Below, in pieces: positions 10,630 to 20,932 of a stretch of 64,000 bases of DNA; position 1 is the first letter of the stretch; every line of letters starts with the position of its first letter. The notes beneath the pieces are model-generated. The model was not told the origin of the DNA. It made no database searches and saw nothing but the letters and a program-made list of their open reading frames with translations. The position numbers and the translations under genes were made by a program. The DNA is from a bacterium (GTDB lineage Bacteria > SAR324 > JACQKK01): assembly GCA_965240465.1 (NCBI GenBank), contig OZ251219.1, positions 79,624 to 143,623 on the forward strand. Direction: 5' to 3'.

Positions 10630-11649
10630 ATGGCATCACCTTTATTTCCTTCAGCTATCTTTCCCGCTGTTCGCAAGCGGAGATTGCGTGAAAACCCAAC
10701 CTTGCGTTGTATGGTGCGTGAAAATAATCTTCAGGCTAGCCAGCTTATTCTCCCCTTGTTTGTGGTTCATGGAAAACAAATACGTAAAATAATTGCTTCT
10801 ATGCCAGAGGTGTTTCGCCTTTCTGTCGACCAAATTGCTAAAGAAGCTACCCGGGCATGGAAGGTAGGCATCAAGTCAGTAATCTTATTCGGTGTTCCTG
10901 AGAAAAAAGATGAACAAGGACGCCATGCCACCGACCCCGAGGGACTCATTCCTCAAGCCATCAGAGCCATAAAATTGCAATTGCCTGACATGGTAGTCAT
11001 CACCGATGTTTGTCTTTGTGAGTGGCTATCTCACGGACACTGCGGCTTGGTAAAACAAGAACGCGTTCTTAACGATGCTACTTTGCCTGTACTCAATAGA
11101 ATGGCTTTGGCACACGCTAGAGCTGGGGCTGACATGGTAGCCCCTTCGGATATGATGGATGGACGCGTGGAAGCAATGAGAAAGTACTTGGACAAAGAAG
11201 GGGCCTCTCACATTCCAATAATGTCCTATTCTGCAAAATTTGCGTCTTCCTTTTATGGTCCATTTCGGGATGCCGCAGGAGGCAGCCCACAATTTGGCGA
11301 CCGTTCTTCTTATCAAATGGATGTCGCCAACGGACGTGAAGCTGTTCACGAAGTTTTGTTAGACGTAGCTGAAGCTGCAGACATAGTGATGATCAAGCCA
11401 GCACTGCCTTGTTTGGACGTGATCCGCTCGGTGAGAGAGCTAGTGCTACTACCTTTGGCTGCCTATCAAGTTAGCGGTGAGTACGCCATGATCTGGGCTG
11501 CCGCAGAAAAAGGCTGGTTGGATTTAGAAAAAGCAATGCTAGAAACACTACTAGCCATCCGTAGGGCGGGAGCAGATTTAATCCTGACCTACTTTGCCAT
11601 CCGTGCGGCAGTTGTACTAAATAAAGAAGGCAAGCAATCCAAACCCTAG
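10630..11649 (+). CDS. hemB: Porphobilinogen synthase (delta-aminolevulinate dehydratase), Zn-type
   Basis: 339 aa. The DVCLCEWLSHGHCG cysteine-rich zinc site and the active-site lysine region (VMIKPALP) are present. Confidence 0.9.
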   Translation: MASPLFPSAIFPAVRKRRLRENPTLRCMVRENNLQASQLILPLFVVHGKQIRKIIASMPEVFRLSVDQIAKEATRAWKVGIKSVILFGVPEKKDEQGRHATDPEGLIPQAIRAIKLQLPDMVVITDVCLCEWLSHGHCGLVKQERVLNDATLPVLNRMALAHARAGADMVAPSDMMDGRVEAMRKYLDKEGASHIPIMSYSAKFASSFYGPFRDAAGGSPQFGDRSSYQMDVANGREAVHEVLLDVAEAADIVMIKPALPCLDVIRSVRELVLLPLAAYQVSGEYAMIWAAAEKGWLDLEKAMLETLLAIRRAGADLILTYFAIRAAVVLNKEGKQSKP

Positions 11650-11694
11650 AAAGGGAGGTTCTTCACCTCTGGCAAATAACCCCTGTCTTCCTAA

Positions 11695-12054
11695 TTAATT
11701 GCACTGAATAACAACTGCGTCATATTCCCACATCTCTCCAGAGCCATAATCTTCCAGGGCATAAATGAATAAATTTAAAGCATTCAGCCAGAATAGACTA
11801 GAAACCTTTACAGGCACCACGGTAGAAGTAGCACAACCTTTTGTACTAGTAGAAATAATTAGGTCATTACGGTTACGGGATATTTTTACATCGCCAGGGC
11901 CACTGAATGAATACCCATTCACCTTGCCCACAAAAGGCTTACCGTTAGACGAAGTAATACTGACGGTTTGCAAATTTGAATTAAATAAGGTTGCACAAGA
12001 AGAACCAAGCAACATAACAAATACAGCTACTAAAGCGGTGAGTTTTAATTTCAT
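11695..12054 (-). CDS. Small secreted protein, paralog A (signal peptide, three Cys)
   Basis: 119 aa: MKLKLTALVAVFVMLLGSSC... About 85% identical to the adjacent paralog B. No family recognised. Confidence 0.55.
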   Translation of the reverse strand: MKLKLTALVAVFVMLLGSSCATLFNSNLQTVSITSSNGKPFVGKVNGYSFSGPGDVKISRNRNDLIISTSTKGCATSTVVPVKVSSLFWLNALNLFIYALEDYGSGEMWEYDAVVIQCN

Positions 12055-12067
12055 TTATTTCTCCTAA

Positions 12068-12427
12068 TTAGTTGCACTGAATAACAACTGCGTCATATTC
12101 CCACATCTCTCCAGAGGCATAATCATCCAGGGCAGCAATGAATAAATTTAAAGCATTCAGCCAGAATATACTAGAAACCTTTGCAGCCACCACGGTAGAA
12201 GCAACACAACCCTTTGTACTAGTATTAATAACTAAGTCATTACGGCTACGAGACACTTTTACCTGACCAGGGCCACTGAATGAATACCCATTCACCTTGC
12301 CCACAAAAGGCTTATTGTTTGATGCAGCAATACTGACGGTTTGCAAATTTGAATTAAATAAGGTTGCACAAGAAGAACTAAACAACATAACAAATACAGT
12401 TGTTAAAGCCGTGAGTGTTAATTTCAT
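12068..12427 (-). CDS. Small secreted protein, paralog B (tandem duplicate of 11695..12054)
   Basis: 119 aa: MKLTLTALTTVFVMLFSSSC...MWEYDAVVIQCN. Its C-terminus is identical to paralog A. The duplication is visible at the DNA level as a 373-bp repeat unit. Confidence 0.55.
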   Translation of the reverse strand: MKLTLTALTTVFVMLFSSSCATLFNSNLQTVSIAASNNKPFVGKVNGYSFSGPGQVKVSRSRNDLVINTSTKGCVASTVVAAKVSSIFWLNALNLFIAALDDYASGEMWEYDAVVIQCN

Positions 12428-12527
12428 TTTTCTGCCTACTAGATAGATAATTTAACCCCCAGCAACAGGAGGAGTACTCTGTGACCGCTACAGCATTGCA
12501 AAAACAATGTCAATAAATACATTCTTG

Positions 12528-12746
12528 CTATTTTTCGCGATAAGTAATTCTTCCCCGGCTAAGGTCATAAGGGGAAACCTGCACTTTTACCTTATCCCCA
12601 GGCAAAATGCGAATGTAATGCATACGCATCTTACCTGAAATATGAGCTAACAGCTTATGGCCGTTTTCCAGCTCTACTCTGAACATAGCATTAGGCAAAG
12701 ATTCTTGTACAGTTCCTGCCATTTCAACGTGGTCTTCTTTGCTCAA
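12528..12746 (-). CDS. infA: Translation initiation factor IF-1
   Basis: 72 aa: [53 protein letters not shown]. Confidence 0.9.
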   Translation of the reverse strand: MSKEDHVEMAGTVQESLPNAMFRVELENGHKLLAHISGKMRMHYIRILPGDKVKVQVSPYDLSRGRITYREK

Positions 12747-12853
12747 ATGATGTTCCTAACTGGCAAACGAAAACGAACCCCCACCGATCAAAGCATACCC
12801 AGCTATCAAAAAACAACCTCTAAGCCGAGTACGCTACTATGAATGACTAGAAT

Positions 12854-13507
12854 TTATGGTGAAATACCTTCAAAAAGCACTGCGATGCGTTCACTGACCT
12901 TATCCAACGAGCCATCTGCTTGAACAGTACGCAATAGTCCTTGCTGTTGATAAAACATTTTCAACGGCGAGGTGCTTTCTTGGTAAGCATCCAGACGGGT
13001 TTGCACGTTATCTGGATGATCATCTACCCTTTGGATTATGGTCGTTCGGCAAACTGGACAGGTATCTTTTTGTGGTGGAGGGTTAAATTCCACATGCCAT
13101 TCGCCGTGGCCGTTGGGGCAGATCCTTCTACCAGATAATCGTTTCAACAGTAGATCTTGGTCCAGTTCAAAACTAACCACAAAATCTAGAGATTTTTTCA
13201 GAGATGCTAATTTTTCCCCCATGGCTTCTGCTTGGGGAATTGTGCGGGGAAAGCCATCCAGAATGAATCCCAATGAAGCACTAGATTGCTGAATTCTATC
13301 TAAAATTAGATCAATCACAATTCTATCGGGTACTAGGAGGCCGCTGTCTAAAAACTTTTCTACCTCAATACCCAGAGGAGTTTTTTGTTTAATGGCTTCT
13401 CTCAAAAAATCGCCCGCAGACAATTGAGGGACACCAAAGCGCTTTTGCATACATTTGGCTTGGGTACCCTTTCCAGATCCTGGTGGTCCTAAGAAGATCG
13501 TTCGCAT
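12854..13507 (-). CDS. adk: Adenylate kinase (Zn-lid type)
   Basis: P-loop GPPGSGKGTQ and a CPNGHGEWH...CPVC zinc lid. Confidence 0.9.
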   Translation of the reverse strand: MRTIFLGPPGSGKGTQAKCMQKRFGVPQLSAGDFLREAIKQKTPLGIEVEKFLDSGLLVPDRIVIDLILDRIQQSSASLGFILDGFPRTIPQAEAMGEKLASLKKSLDFVVSFELDQDLLLKRLSGRRICPNGHGEWHVEFNPPPQKDTCPVCRTTIIQRVDDHPDNVQTRLDAYQESTSPLKMFYQQQGLLRTVQADGSLDKVSERIAVLFEGISP

Positions 13508-13555
13508 GGATTTTCAGCATATGTAAGGACAGAAAATTAACAGGCAGGAGATTAT

Positions 13556-14884
13556 TTATACCCTAAGGGTTCGCATTCCTGTTCGTTTTTTTCCTTTTTG
13601 CAGAAATCCGTCATAATTACGGTTAAGCAGGAAGGATTCCAATTGACGCATAGTATCTATGCCCACTCCAACTACAATTAACAAAGCTGTGCCGCCAAAG
13701 AAAAAAGGAACATTAAGCAGATTAAATAGAATAACGGGCATCACACAAATGGTGGCTAAATAGATAGCACCTCCGAAAGTTATACGGGTGAGAACATGGT
13801 TGATATACTCGGCAGTTTTTTCACCAGGACGTATACCAGGGATATAGCCCCCAAAGCGTTTCATTTCATCTGATATTTTAACCGGGTTGAATTGAATAGC
13901 GGTGTAGAAATAACAGAAAAAGAAAATCATTATCACATATAGAAAATTATATAAAAAAGCGGTGGGAGAAAGTTGAGTGCTAATTTTCTGTACCCATGGG
14001 GCTTGAATAAAACTAGTGATGGTGGCAGGAAAAGCCAGTATTGAAGAAGCAAAAATAGGAGGAATAACACCCGCAGAATTAATTTTCAGAGGGAGATGAG
14101 AGCTTTGACCTGCCATTACTTGTCTTCCTTGCTGCCTTTTGGCGTACTGGACGGTAATTTTGCGGATGGAGGTTTCCATAAATATGATGGCAAAAACAAC
14201 TGCAATCATAATCACTCCAATGGGGATAAGAATAATTGCACTGATCTCACCTGCTTGAACAAGACGTAAGGTATTCAATATAGCAGTGGGGATAGAAGCC
14301 ACAATTCCTGCAAAAATAATCATTGAAATGCCATTGCCGATTCCACGTTCGTTAATTTGCTCTCCGATCCACATTAAGAAAGCAGTGCCTGCAGTGAGAG
14401 TAATAACTGTTAGTAGTCTGAACCCCCAAATTGGCATCTCATCCAAGACAACAGGCACTCCCGTAGGAGCCGACATACTTTGTAGCCCAACAGAAATGCC
14501 GAAGCTTTGCACTAAACTAAGCCCAATAGTGCTGTAGCGGGTGTAGCGGGTAATTTTCCTACGTCCAAGTTCTCCCTCACGGCTTAGTCTTTCTAGGTAC
14601 GGAAAAACCACTGTGAATAGCTGTATGATGATAGACGCACTGATATAGGGAACGACCCCCAATGCAAATATTGTGAGTCTTTGCAAAGCACCGCCCGAGA
14701 AGAGATCAAAAAAATCAAAAATCCCTCCTGCCTGAGATTGGAAAAAAGCGGCCATGGCTTGTCTATCAATTCCTGGGGTGGGAATGTGTGCGCCAAGGCG
14801 GAAAACCATCAGCATCAAAAATACAAATATGATTCTGTTTCGCAGTTCTTCAATGCGAAGCACATCTCTAAAGGGACCCAGCAT
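13556..14884 (-). CDS. secY: Preprotein translocase subunit SecY
   Basis: 442 aa, 10-TM SecY signature, sitting between rplO and adk as in the spc operon. Confidence 0.95.
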   Translation of the reverse strand: MLGPFRDVLRIEELRNRIIFVFLMLMVFRLGAHIPTPGIDRQAMAAFFQSQAGGIFDFFDLFSGGALQRLTIFALGVVPYISASIIIQLFTVVFPYLERLSREGELGRRKITRYTRYSTIGLSLVQSFGISVGLQSMSAPTGVPVVLDEMPIWGFRLLTVITLTAGTAFLMWIGEQINERGIGNGISMIIFAGIVASIPTAILNTLRLVQAGEISAIILIPIGVIMIAVVFAIIFMETSIRKITVQYAKRQQGRQVMAGQSSHLPLKINSAGVIPPIFASSILAFPATITSFIQAPWVQKISTQLSPTAFLYNFLYVIMIFFFCYFYTAIQFNPVKISDEMKRFGGYIPGIRPGEKTAEYINHVLTRITFGGAIYLATICVMPVILFNLLNVPFFFGGTALLIVVGVGIDTMRQLESFLLNRNYDGFLQKGKKRTGMRTLRV

Positions 14885-14925
14885 ACTTAATTTCTAGAAA
14901 GTAGGTTATTGGAAGAAGGATATGT

Positions 14926-15423
14926 CTATTTTTTATTAGACTCTTGTTGTAGGGATTTTTTAGTAGTTGGAAGTGCTTTTTTTATCACAATTGCTTGACC
15001 ACCTGCAGCCTTAATTTTTTCTACCGCGGCACCGCTAAAATTATGAACATTGATGGTAATAGGTTGAGTGATATTCCCCATTGCCAAAAGCTTGACAGGT
15101 CGCTTGAGATTGCGGATAACACGGGCGTTTTGGAGATCTTGGGGGTGAATTTCTTTTTTGTTTACGAGATCTACATGCTGAAGGGTTCTGAGGTTGATGA
15201 CCCAGTATCTAGTACGAAATAGGTGGTTATTAAAACCTCGTCTGGGGAGGCGTCTTCGCAGGGGAGTTTGTCCGCCTTCAAAGCCGGGAGCTACAGTACC
15301 TCTTGCGTGCTGGCCTTTTTGTCCTCTACCGCAGGTTTTACCGAGGGTGCTGGCACGTCCTCTACCTTTGCGTTGGGATTTTTTTGTAGATGCGGGGGTG
15401 TTTCTTAAATTATGAAGTTCCAT
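14926..15423 (-). CDS. rplO: 50S ribosomal protein L15
   Basis: KGRGRASTLGKTCGRGQKGQHARG... is an L15 motif; spc-operon context. Confidence 0.9.
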   Translation of the reverse strand: MELHNLRNTPASTKKSQRKGRGRASTLGKTCGRGQKGQHARGTVAPGFEGGQTPLRRRLPRRGFNNHLFRTRYWVINLRTLQHVDLVNKKEIHPQDLQNARVIRNLKRPVKLLAMGNITQPITINVHNFSGAAVEKIKAAGGQAIVIKKALPTTKKSLQQESNKK

Positions 15424-15470
15424 GGTCTAATAAAGTATGCGGTTTAGATGTCTATGATTTTACAGATTTT

Positions 15471-15872
15471 TCACTTGTCTACTTTTGGGGTTGCCTTTGC
15501 TATTTTGGCACCAGTAGCTTGCTTGGCAGTGCCTCCCTTAGTAGTTGCCTTTTTGTTAGTCTCTTTTTCTGGAGAACTTTTCTTAGGAGCATATTTTTTT
15601 TGATTAGATGCCCTTTGCGTTTGCATTTTTTTTAAAGTTTCCACTTTGGTAGAAACTTGTTCACTAGCAACTTTTGCACCACTAGATACAGCTTCTCCTG
15701 TAACTTCTACCAGATGGCGTACCTTAAACAGCATCCCCTGTATTTGAGGAGTGTCCGTTATCTCTCTAATCTGATTAATGCGATTCAATCCCAGTGATTT
15801 TAGGGTCTCTTTTTGCTGCTTGGCAAACCCGATAGCACTTTTTGTGAGCTTGATGCGAAGCTTTTTTTTCAT
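15471..15872 (-). CDS. rpmD: 50S ribosomal protein L30 with a C-terminal Lys/Ala/Thr-rich extension of about 75 aa
   Basis: L30 core [57 protein letters not shown], followed by a low-complexity basic tail. Total length 133 aa against a typical ~60 aa. Confidence 0.8.
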   Translation of the reverse strand: MKKKLRIKLTKSAIGFAKQQKETLKSLGLNRINQIREITDTPQIQGMLFKVRHLVEVTGEAVSSGAKVASEQVSTKVETLKKMQTQRASNQKKYAPKKSSPEKETNKKATTKGGTAKQATGAKIAKATPKVDK

Positions 15873-15907
15873 TGTTTGTAACTGTAATATAATGTAATAA
15901 AGGCAAC

Positions 15908-16741
15908 CTAAGTAGCAGATGTTTTAGCAGACTGTCGCAAACGATCTTCTGAAAAACCGCGTCGCTCTGCAATTTCCTTGAAAGTTTTTAATTCATAGAG
16001 TGCCCCCAGTGCGGCCTTCACGGAGTTATATGGATTGTTGCTACCCAGAGTTTTCACGCTGATATCGTGAATACCCACCGCTTCCACTACAGCACGCAAC
16101 ACCCCAGATGAAATAATACCTCGCCCTGGCTGGCAAGGCTTAATTACAACCCTACTGGCACCAAAAGAAGCCCGCACCGCATGCGGCACAGTCCGCCCAT
16201 GAATGGCTACTTTTCTCATGTTGTGGGAGGCCTTTTGCACCCCTTTGCGTACGGCATCGGTGATTTCATTAGCTTTACCTAGGGCACTCCCCACTTTCCC
16301 TTGACCATCTCCCACCACCACTAGAGCATTAAAACTAAACCGTCGCCCGCCCTTCACCACTTTAGCCACCCTATTAATTTTAATCACTTTTTCTATCAAC
16401 TCAGGTACATCATCTGAAACACTAAGTCCAGAAACATCCATACCTTTTCCCAGAGCAGGCCCTTTGCCCGCGGTTCCTAATTTTCCGACTACGGCATCTC
16501 CGGCTATTTTCTTTTGTTCAGCTACCGTTTTTTTAGATGGCAATGTTTTGGCTAATGTCGCTTTAGTAGCAATTTCTTTGGCAACAGCCTTCTTCTTGGC
16601 TACTATTGCTTTAACTGCTGCTGCTTTGACTATAGCTTCCTGAGCCGCCGCCTTATCCTTGGTGACTGCATCCTCTTCAGCCCTATCAACAGCATTTTTT
16701 TCTGCTACAGATTTAGATTTATTATCTTCGCTCATGTTCAA
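15908..16741 (-). CDS. rpsE: 30S ribosomal protein S5 with an N-terminal Ala/Lys-rich extension of about 100 aa
   Basis: The S5 core begins near [24 protein letters not shown]. The upstream 100 codons form a continuous open frame of AK-rich sequence. Only 70 nt separate this start from the rplR stop, which argues the extension is translated. Confidence 0.8.
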   Translation of the reverse strand: MNMSEDNKSKSVAEKNAVDRAEEDAVTKDKAAAQEAIVKAAAVKAIVAKKKAVAKEIATKATLAKTLPSKKTVAEQKKIAGDAVVGKLGTAGKGPALGKGMDVSGLSVSDDVPELIEKVIKINRVAKVVKGGRRFSFNALVVVGDGQGKVGSALGKANEITDAVRKGVQKASHNMRKVAIHGRTVPHAVRASFGASRVVIKPCQPGRGIISSGVLRAVVEAVGIHDISVKTLGSNNPYNSVKAALGALYELKTFKEIAERRGFSEDRLRQSAKTSAT

Positions 16742-16810
16742 ATTACTCTAGACAAAATGTAATAAATAGCTATCAGTGTTTATATTTTACACCAAAAATC
16801 TACAAACTAG

Positions 16811-17182
16811 TTACAATTGCAAGCCTTCTTTTCTAGCAGCTTCTGCCAGAGCCTTCACCCGCCCATGATACAAGTTACCATTGCGATCAAACACTGCTTT
16901 AGAAATACCTTTCTGTTTTAGGCGTTTGGCAATCGTCTCTCCTATCAGGCTGGCAGCTTGGGTGTTGCCTGTTTTATTGGACATTTGAACCCGTAAATCC
17001 TTATCTACAGTAGAAGCAGAAGCCACAGTCTTTCCGTGGACATCGTCGACGGCTTGAACATAGATATGTTGTAGTGAACGGAATACACTTAAACGCGGCC
17101 GCGAGGCAATTCCTGATATCTTTTTGCGAACTCGCCATTTACGTCTTTGTCTTCTAAATAGTTTGCTGAAAGAATGTGTCAT
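16811..17182 (-). CDS. rplR: 50S ribosomal protein L18
   Basis: 123 aa, canonical L18 C-terminus (...[22 protein letters not shown]). Confidence 0.9.
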   Translation of the reverse strand: MTHSFSKLFRRQRRKWRVRKKISGIASRPRLSVFRSLQHIYVQAVDDVHGKTVASASTVDKDLRVQMSNKTGNTQAASLIGETIAKRLKQKGISKAVFDRNGNLYHGRVKALAEAARKEGLQL

Positions 17183-17290
17183 GGATCCTTATGGGGTAAA
17201 AGATTTAACGGTCTAAAAATATGCCTGCTAAGTTTGGTTATCGTAGGAAGTTATCAGGCTTAAAGGGCGATAAAAAAGGTATGTTTGAAA

Positions 17291-17836
17291 TCATTTTTTG
17301 CCAGATTTTCCAGCTTTTCTCAGAATACGTTCACCCTCGTAGCTAACACCCTTACCCAGGTATGGCTCTGGTGGACGCCAAGCACGAATCTGGGCTGCAA
17401 ATTGCCCTATACTAACCAAATTATCTCCAGAAAGAGTAATCAGGGTGTTATTGCTTTCTGTTTTTGCCGAAACCCCTTGAGGTAATTCCAACTTAACAGG
17501 GTGAGAATATCCTAAGCTTAATTCTAGGTAATTACCACTCGCAGCCGCACGATAGCCAACTCCTATCAATTTGAGCCTGCGAGTGAACCCCTCTGAAACT
17601 CCTTTAACCATGTTAGCTAACACGGACCTAGTAGTACCCATCATAGCTCGCGCACGGAGGTTGTTTTGATAATCAGCACGCAAATGAAGTTGTTGATCTA
17701 GTTGCTCTACGGCAACCAAGGGATGCAAATTCATGTGCTGCTCACCCTTGGGACCTTTTACAGATACTGTCCTTCCGCCACACTCCACATCTACCCCTTC
17801 GGGAAGGGGGATGGGCTGTTTTCCTACTCGGGACAT
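17291..17836 (-). CDS. rplF: 50S ribosomal protein L6
   Basis: MSRVGKQPIPLPEGVDV... Confidence 0.9.
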   Translation of the reverse strand: MSRVGKQPIPLPEGVDVECGGRTVSVKGPKGEQHMNLHPLVAVEQLDQQLHLRADYQNNLRARAMMGTTRSVLANMVKGVSEGFTRRLKLIGVGYRAAASGNYLELSLGYSHPVKLELPQGVSAKTESNNTLITLSGDNLVSIGQFAAQIRAWRPPEPYLGKGVSYEGERILRKAGKSGKK

Positions 17837-17922
17837 GTTGTTTTGCTCAAAATATTGGTGCCTTAAATAAATTCTCTTAAAAAATTTACAGATTCAATCA
17901 GCTGTCTAGATACTGGAACAAT

Positions 17923-18324
17923 CTACCAAAATTCGCATAGGATTTCTCCACCCATTTTTTGAAAACGGCATTCGGCATCTGTAAGTAAGCCTTTGGAAGT
18001 AGTGACAATGGCAATTCCTTGCCCATTGAAAACTAAGGGCATATGCTGAGCACCATGATACTTACGCAAACCAGGTTTGCTGACACGCTTCAAGCCCCGA
18101 ATCACACTTTCACCAGCTGAGGTATACTTAAGGTTCAATTGAATTAAAGGGTGCTGGCGTCCATCTTTAGTAAGCTTCCAGCTATTGATGAATCCTTCGG
18201 TTTCCAGCACGCATGCTATTTGTTTTTTCATGCCAGAAAGAGGTGCTTCTACTCGCTTTTGTTCACGCATTATCGCATTACGAATGCGAGTAAGAAAATC
18301 AGCGATGGGGTCATTCATGGACAT
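17923..18324 (-). CDS. rpsH: 30S ribosomal protein S8
   Basis: MSMNDPIADFLTRIRNA... Confidence 0.9.
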   Translation of the reverse strand: MSMNDPIADFLTRIRNAIMREQKRVEAPLSGMKKQIACVLETEGFINSWKLTKDGRQHPLIQLNLKYTSAGESVIRGLKRVSKPGLRKYHGAQHMPLVFNGQGIAIVTTSKGLLTDAECRFQKMGGEILCEFW

Positions 18325-18387
18325 AGGATTATTCTTGTTAGAAAAATAAATCGGAATAAAATATTATTTTAAGAAATATGAAAACAA

Positions 18388-18573
18388 TTACCAGCTTGAT
18401 TTTGTGATACCCGGTAGCCGTCCTTGAAGAGCCAATTTACGGAAACAAAGCCGACAAACTCCGAATTTCCTCATAAAGCTACGGGCTCGACCACATTGTC
18501 CACAGCGATTATAGGCACGGGAACTAAACTTTGCAGGGCGGCGGGCTTTAGCGATAAGACTCTTTTTTGCCAT
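18388..18573 (-). CDS. rpsZ: 30S ribosomal protein S14, type Z (zinc-binding)
   Basis: 61 aa with CGQCGR...CRLCFR. Confidence 0.9.
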   Translation of the reverse strand: MAKKSLIAKARRPAKFSSRAYNRCGQCGRARSFMRKFGVCRLCFRKLALQGRLPGITKSSW

Positions 18574-18673
18574 AAAAATTTCCTTAATAATATGCAGTGA
18601 TGATCCACAGAATTTTGCAAAATAAACCAGACTAAAATTGCTTATAATTTGTCAAAGGTCAAAATATAAGAGA

Positions 18674-19243
18674 CTACTGCCTACGAAAGGGAAGTCCCAA
18701 TAATTCCAGCAATCTGAGGCCTTCCTGGTTGGTAAGGGCAGTGGTATGAAAAGTAATGTTCATGCCACGTATGCCTTCAATATCATCAAAATCTAGTTCA
18801 GGGAATATCAATTGTTCTTTCAAACCGATAGTGTAATTTCCATTGCCATCAAAACTTTTGCGAGGGACGCCTCTAAAATCTCTTACTTGAGGCAAAGCAA
18901 TGGTTAACAGCTTATCAAGAAAGTACCACATGCGTTCTCGCCTTAAAGTGACCATCATGCCGATGGGCATGCCTGTTCTAATCTTGAAAGATGCAATGGA
19001 TTTTTTGGCACGGGTTAGCACCGGTTTTTGCCCCGCAATTCGCGTCAGTTCTTTTTGCACGTGATCCAGAACTTTGGCATTGTGGGACGCCTCACCAGCA
19101 CCCACATTGAGGGTAACTTTCACCACGGCTGGAGTTTGGCTGGGGTTGTCATAATCAAATTCTTTTACCATAGCTGGAAATACCTGCTTGAGATATTTCT
19201 CAGCTAACCTAGGTTTATTAATTTTTCTGGAAGCAACTGCCAT
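18674..19243 (-). CDS. rplE: 50S ribosomal protein L5
   Basis: 189 aa, L5 signature. Confidence 0.9.
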   Translation of the reverse strand: MAVASRKINKPRLAEKYLKQVFPAMVKEFDYDNPSQTPAVVKVTLNVGAGEASHNAKVLDHVQKELTRIAGQKPVLTRAKKSIASFKIRTGMPIGMMVTLRRERMWYFLDKLLTIALPQVRDFRGVPRKSFDGNGNYTIGLKEQLIFPELDFDDIEGIRGMNITFHTTALTNQEGLRLLELLGLPFRRQ

Positions 19244-19281
19244 GGACGAAATAAGAAAATAAAGAAAGTTAATAAAAATAC

Positions 19282-19539
19282 TTAATTTTTTAACAACACC
19301 TTAACATTTGAAATATGTACGGGCGATTCTATAGGGAAAATGCCCCCTTTTTCTCCTTGACTGCGAGGTTTACTGTGTCGCTTACAAAGGTTGATACCCT
19401 CTATGATGACGGTGTGTTGCCTTACATTAATGCGTTGGACCTTACCTGTCTTCCCCTTGTCCTTGCCAGTGATGACTTGGACTTCATCGCCAATGCGAAA
19501 GGGTCTTTTACTCAGCGGAGGTTGTTTGGTAATAGGCAT
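19282..19539 (-). CDS. rplX: 50S ribosomal protein L24
   Basis: [22 protein letters not shown] motif. Confidence 0.8.
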   Translation of the reverse strand: MPITKQPPLSKRPFRIGDEVQVITGKDKGKTGKVQRINVRQHTVIIEGINLCKRHSKPRSQGEKGGIFPIESPVHISNVKVLLKN

Positions 19540-19621
19540 TAGAACAAAGGGCGATAATAAGGTTGAGCAACTTAGATAAAACTTTGTTAAGCAAAAAATC
19601 CATTATCAGTGGAATTAGACA

Positions 19622-19990
19622 CTAAATAACTTCTGGTGCTAGGGATACTATTTTCATAAAGCGCTTAGCTCTCAATTCCCGGGCTACAGGACCAAAAATA
19701 CGGGTACCAATGGGCTCTCGCTTGGGATCAATCAGCACAGCAGCATTCTCATCAAATTTAATGTAAGAGCCATCCTGTCGTCCTACTTCTTTTGCCGTGC
19801 GTACAACTACCGCACGTACCACCGAACCCGTTTTGATGCGGCTATTAGGTACAGCCTCGCGTACAGAAGCTACTACTACATCGCCCAAGAAAGCGTATCT
19901 TCTTTTTGAACCACCCAGCACCTTTATGCACATCAGCAGGGTAGCACCAGTGTTATCAGCAACTTTCAGACGGGACTGTACTTGTATCAT
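19622..19990 (-). CDS. rplN: 50S ribosomal protein L14
   Basis: [16 protein letters not shown]... Confidence 0.95.
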   Translation of the reverse strand: MIQVQSRLKVADNTGATLLMCIKVLGGSKRRYAFLGDVVVASVREAVPNSRIKTGSVVRAVVVRTAKEVGRQDGSYIKFDENAAVLIDPKREPIGTRIFGPVARELRAKRFMKIVSLAPEVI

Positions 19991-19993
19991 TGA

Positions 19994-20299
19994 TTATCCT
20001 GTTGGCTGAATATCTTTAGATTTTTGGGTAGAAATGAGCACCTTGATAAGTCGCCAGCGTTTGGTACGACTCAGAGAACGACATTCCATAATGCTGACAG
20101 TATCACCCACTTGGCACTCATTATTTTCATCGTGGGCGTGATAGCGTTTGCTACGGCGGATAGTCTTTTTATAAAGAGGATGAACGGTTATTCTTTCCAC
20201 CCGTACCACAATAGATTTATCCATGCTGTTGCTGACAACGGTGCCTCGCCTGGTTTTTCGCGTCAGGCGTTCTGTAGCATTACTTTTTATTTGAGACAT
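19994..20299 (-). CDS. rpsQ: 30S ribosomal protein S17
   Basis: [22 protein letters not shown]... Confidence 0.9.
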   Translation of the reverse strand: MSQIKSNATERLTRKTRRGTVVSNSMDKSIVVRVERITVHPLYKKTIRRSKRYHAHDENNECQVGDTVSIMECRSLSRTKRWRLIKVLISTQKSKDIQPTG

Positions 20300-20492
20300 C
20301 TTTGATTTCTTGTTCTCTTATCAGGGTTTTTATACGGGCGATGCTACGACGTAACTTAGGGATCTGGCTAGTATCGGTTTGCTGCCCTACAGACTTGCTA
20401 CAACATGCCTGAAATAGTTGTTTTTCACTTTTATCCAGCAAAGATTTGATATCTGAAATGGACATATCCCTCAATTTTCCAATTTTTTCCAT
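20280..20492 (-). CDS. rpmC: 50S ribosomal protein L29
   Basis: 70 aa, position and motif match L29. Confidence 0.8.
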   Translation of the reverse strand: MEKIGKLRDMSISDIKSLLDKSEKQLFQACCSKSVGQQTDTSQIPKLRRSIARIKTLIREQEIKDVSNKK

Positions 20493-20514
20493 GAACTATC
20501 CATTCTAGGTTACG

Positions 20515-20922
20515 CTAAACCCGGCTGAGCACATTACAAGCAAATGGTAATTTATAAGAAGCAGCCCGCAAAGCAGCCACAGCAATTGATTTTTCCACAC
20601 CGTCCATTTCAAACAACACCCGACCCGGCTTTATTTTTGCCGACCAGTGATCAACAGCACCCTTACCGCTTCCCATACGAACTTCTGCAGGGCGTTGGGT
20701 AATGGGCTTGTCGGGGAAAATGGTAATCCAAATTTTACCCTTTCTTTTTATCTGCCGTGCCAAAGTGCGTCGTACTGCTTCTATTTGTCTCGCAGTCATC
20801 ATGCCAGATTGGGCTGCTTGCAACCCATAAGCCCCGAAGTACAACTTGTTGGCTCGCTGGGCTTTCCCGCGCAGGCGACCCTTCATTTGTTTTCTAAATT
20901 TGGTGCGTTTAGGCATTAACAT
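20515..20922 (-). CDS. rplP: 50S ribosomal protein L16
   Basis: Canonical N-terminus [12 protein letters not shown]. The track ORF starts 22 codons upstream and overlaps rpsC, so I take that extension as spurious. Confidence 0.9.
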   Translation of the reverse strand: MLMPKRTKFRKQMKGRLRGKAQRANKLYFGAYGLQAAQSGMMTARQIEAVRRTLARQIKRKGKIWITIFPDKPITQRPAEVRMGSGKGAVDHWSAKIKPGRVLFEMDGVEKSIAVAALRAASYKLPFACNVLSRV

Positions 20923-20932
20923 AACAGATTCA

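Larger units (their letters stand above)
11695..12427 (-). repeat. Tandem direct duplication (about 373-bp unit, two copies), each copy carrying one small secreted-protein gene
   Basis: 11695-11760 and 12068-12133 are near-identical (ttgcactgaataacaactgcgtcatattcccacatctctccagag...). Similarity continues across both units. Confidence 0.8.

Noticed and set aside
11765-12067. 100-aa plus-strand ORF antisense to secreted-protein paralog A.
   Set aside because: It mirrors the duplicated gene on the other strand. The minus-strand ORFs have signal peptides and a conserved paralogue pair, while the plus-strand ORF has neither.
14530-14550. Short tandem DNA repeat gtagcgggt-gtagcgggt.
   Set aside because: It lies inside the secY coding region and simply encodes a duplicated RYT-RYS tripeptide. 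It is not a regulatory or mobile repeat.
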